DNA of 64,000 nt from the human T2T-CHM13v2.0 reference genome, Homo sapiens, in NCBI RefSeq assembly GCF_009914755.1, contig NC_060948.1; one strand, given 5' to 3'. Below are positions 60,385 through 64,000 of this stretch, one piece after another; position 1 is the first letter of the stretch; the number at the start of each line of letters is the position of its first letter. The notes beneath the pieces are model-generated. The model searched no databases. It was given only the letters and a program-made list of their open reading frames with translations, and was not told where the DNA came from. Made by a program: the position numbers and the translations under genes.

Positions 60385-60674
60385 TTTAATTTACTTTATT
60401 TTTTTGATAAGGAACCTTCCTCTGTCTCCCTGGCTGAAGTGCAATGGTGCAATCTCAGCTCACTGTAACGCCACCTCCAGGGTTCAAGTGCCATGCCTCA
60501 GCCTCCCAAGTAGCTGTGATTACAGGCATGCACAACCACACCTGGCCAATTTTTGTATTTTCAGTTGGGTTTCCCCATGTTGGCCAGGCTGGTCTCGAAC
60601 TCCTGATCTCAAGTAATCCACCATCTGGGCCTCCCAAAGTGCTGAGATTACAGAAGTGAGCCCCTTTGCCCAGC
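60385..60674 (-). mobile_element. AluS-like SINE
   Basis: CATGTTGGCCAGGCTGGTCTCGAACTCCTGATCTCAAGT. Confidence 0.85.
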
Positions 60675-61670
60675 TAGTGAAGGGCTTTTTAAAGACATCT
60701 TTAAATATTTTAAGTAAGCATGTCTTGCCATTTTCTTCTTTAAATGAACAGAAATAGTCTGAATTTAGGCTTATGGGATCTATAGGAGGGATATCCTAGA
60801 AAATACCTGCTTAAGGAGGCTGTACACTGAATCCATGCTTTTCTATGCTTTTTTTTCCCTGTTGCTAGAGTGTTTGTTTAAAAGTTATTTTTTTAAATTC
60901 ATTGTAAAGGTTAGCCTCTCCAAAGTTTATTTCTCAGGTGATACAGAATTGGATTTTAAAATACAAGTTGTTTGTAATGACCATGCAAAGGATATGATCA
61001 GAATTTCATTAATAAACTATTTGGAGTAGCAGATAATTCTTGGTGTTGAAGGTATCACCATGTTCAATAGTTAATTATGGGAAATTACGTTTATTTACTG
61101 TAGTGGTTTCGAAGCTAAAAAACCTAAACAAATGTTGCCAGATTAAAATAGAAAATTAATAAATAGTGAAACATAAAGAGTGACTTTGTGCAGAGCTTCA
61201 ATCTTTGAGCATTTAAACATTTATTTGAGATTCAGTAGCTTACTATGGCAAAGAAAATCCTCAAATGTACTAATATGTGGAATAACAGATACTAAAAAAA
61301 CACCTATTTTACTTTCGCATAATCTTACTGAGAAACTGTGATAGGCTTTGTATTTATGTATGAATATAACATTATTTTGATACAATATGTTAAGCATGTT
61401 AACATTTATATATAAACAATATATATATAGAATATATTATACCTTTTCATTATCTTATTAAATTCTCTATTATTGAATTGATTGCTAGTAAATTCCAGTC
61501 AATTTGGCAAGGAAAATATTCTATACATAGGTACAAAATATATATAGGTATTCTATACATAATATTCTGTATATAGATATACAATCTTCACAGATTTGGA
61601 AAAAGTTCAATAAATATTTGGAAAACTGTAGATTACAGATAAGCTTCTAGGATTAATAAAATACTGTATG

Positions 61671-62337
61671 GGCCGGACGCAGTTGCTCAAGCCCGTAATC
61701 CTAAGATTTTGGGAGGCAGAGGCATGTAGATTGTCAAGTCAGGAGCTCGAGAACAGTCTGGCCAATATGGTGAAACCTTTTCTCTATTAAAAATACAAAA
61801 ATTAGGCTGGGTGCAGTGGCTCACGCCTGTAATCCCCGCACTTTGGGAACCAAGGCAGGAGGATCACGAAGTCAGGAGATCGAGACCATTCTGTCTAAAA
61901 CGGTGAAATCCGGTATCTACCAGAAAATACAAAAGAATTAGTCAGGCGTGGTGGCGAGCGCCTGTAGTCTCAGCTACTCAGGAGGCTGAGGCAGGAGAAT
62001 GACGCCAACCTGGGAGGCGGAGCTTGCAGTGGGCAGAGATTGTGCCACTGCCCTCCAGCCTGGGAGACAGAGCCAGACTCCGTCTCAAAAAAACAAAAAC
62101 AAACAAACAAACAAACAAACAAATTAGCCAGGTGTGATGGCGCATACCTGTAATCCCAGCCATTCAGGAGTCTGAGGCAGGAGAATTGCTTGAACCTGGG
62201 AGGCAGAGGGTGCAGTGAGCCAAGATCACACCAAGGTCCCCCAGCCTGGGTGACAGAGCAAGTATCTGTCTAAAATACAATTCAATGCAATACAATACAA
62301 TACAATACAATACAATACAATACAATACAATACAATA
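61671..62337 (+). mobile_element. AluS (left arm 61671-61804, right arm about 62121-62272) split by a nested AluY; (CAATA)n tail
   Basis: Left arm ends AAAAATACAAAAATTA; right arm resumes AAATTAGCCAGG; about 10 CAATA units at 62288-62337. Confidence 0.85.
61805..62120 (+). mobile_element. AluY-type SINE nested in the A-rich linker of the AluS
   Basis: GAGATCGAGACCAT...GGCGGAGCTTGCAG...CTCCGTCTC plus an (AAAC)n tail. Confidence 0.88.
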
Positions 62338-64000
62338 CTTTGGGTGATAAGTTCTGTTAGATCATATATTCCTCAATGGAAGGTTTTCAAATGAAGAGTC
62401 GATAATTTCCAATAGTTTTTAAGAGATATTTATTTGTATTTAAAAAAAATTTAAGACAGAGATATGTTATGTGATCCACACAAATGGAAATAAATTAGAA
62501 AATGATAAAGTCATTTAAACATAGTAGAAATCTATAGATTTCAAAGCAAGCGGAACACTTAGTTACAGCTGATGGTACCATATACCAGTAAATAAAGGGA
62601 GTACTTATAAATTGCACATTTTTAAAAAATTAAAGATGAAGGACCCAATTTTAGCATTTTATCAGATAGTTCTGTGAAAATTTCCCTTTTAGAACTTTAT
62701 GAACTAGAGCTTTAAGTCAGCTTGATAAATCTGTGTTTACTGGGTATGGATGTATTCAACTGTCGCTTTACTGGCATATTTTTTTTCCTCCTTTGATTCC
62801 ATACTTACCAAGTTATTGAGAGTCTAATACAGCAAGAGGAGATGGTATATATGTCACAACTTCCAGTAAATCTCTGACATTTTCATCTATATCTCTAAGT
62901 TTGTCCTCTGGTTGGAATTATTTCAGACATTTAAGAGAAGAGATTGGTTAGAGTTAGCATTTGGGAGTTTAGTCATGCCTGGATCACAACTGGATTAAGT
63001 TTTAAACCTTACAGCTCTGGGTAGTAAAATTCCTAAACTGATGACATTTTGTTGTTTTTTCGGGTGACCATGGATGGTAGCTATTTTAACACCCCCATGA
63101 TTTTAATCTTAGTGGCCATCACTAATTATATAAGTAAAAGCAGGAGTGTAAGTGTGAGTTGACAACCACAAAAATTAGGCATCTTCCACTCATAACTGTT
63201 AGAAATTACATGTTATATATTAGGTAAGAAATACTGTATAGCAGTTGACTAAATTGATGTTAGATAAAATGTGAGAGTGGAAAAAAATAGACGATTGCAT
63301 AATTTTGAAAGGTTTAGCTCAACATGTTGCTGCCATTTTAAACACAAATAATGACATTAAAGAAAGACACTAAGTAATTTTAATCAAATTATGTTAAAGT
63401 TCTTAAAACTGATGGAGCAACTACCTAAAAATAGGGGATTCTGTAATTACATATTTGTAATTACTGAATAACTTTCTTTGTCATTTTAGAACACATCGAG
63501 GTCTCTACTACCTTTTTCTCTCTCTCTTCCTCTTTCTCCCCCTCTCTTCTGTCCATTTCCCCCTTCCTCTTCCTCCCATTTCTGCCATCTTCTCTCTCTC
63601 ACACACACACTTTAATGATAGCTCAATTTCACAAGACCAGTTAGCAAGACACTTTATATATTTTTCTCTTAAGTCTTCTCTATATGCCCCATTCACAGCT
63701 TCTAAAAATACGGGCATCTGTCTTCTTCCAAATTGCAAAAGGAGAGAAAAGTATATTTTGATCCATGCCCAGAGCAATGGTCTCAGTGCCACATGAAGTC
63801 CTCTGAACACTTGATCTGGACTGATTAATAGGGTGTGAGTTAGTTACTATTCCAGGAAGCACAAACACCAATTTAGTATGTCTAAATACTAAGATCTGAA
63901 TATAAATTCTGCATCAACGGAAGACTCTTCTCAAATTAACTCCCCCCAGTTCTATGAACTCTCATGTTGCACCTGGCTCACCAAACTAAGCTTATTTTCT

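Overview
Primate (probably ape or human) non-coding genomic DNA: AT-rich, CpG-poor and dense in repeats. I recognise no host protein-coding exon, RNA gene or CRISPR-like array. The convincing ORFs in the track are decayed LINE-1 ORF1/ORF2 pieces, and the rest are readthroughs of Alu, LTR, simple repeats or unique sequence with no recognisable protein. Contents: a long L1PA element (1-4737); a 3'-truncated L1PA7-like element (25062-27637); an inverted L1 with a tiny sense tail (56191-57590); older L1M fragments; more than 20 Alu/FLAM copies; solo LTRs (MLT1B, THE1, MER4A1, MER4E, MER57, LTR8, MLT2, MER41A, MST, LTR1/27/28-like), often nested with visible target-site duplications (TSDs); DNA transposons (three MER1A, MER44A, MER58, MER20, MADE1); and long degenerate GATA/TATC tracts. 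The most notable pattern is a high density of locally templated duplications and insertions of about 12-270 bp. Other observations are a ~0.9 kb degenerate minisatellite apparently born from an L1M 3' UTR, and AluY pairs sharing non-consensus substitutions. The composition resembles Xp22.3/Yq X-degenerate DNA, but that is inference. I found no evidence of a new coding biological system. Subfamily names come from my recall of consensus sequences and need RepeatMasker/Dfam confirmation.
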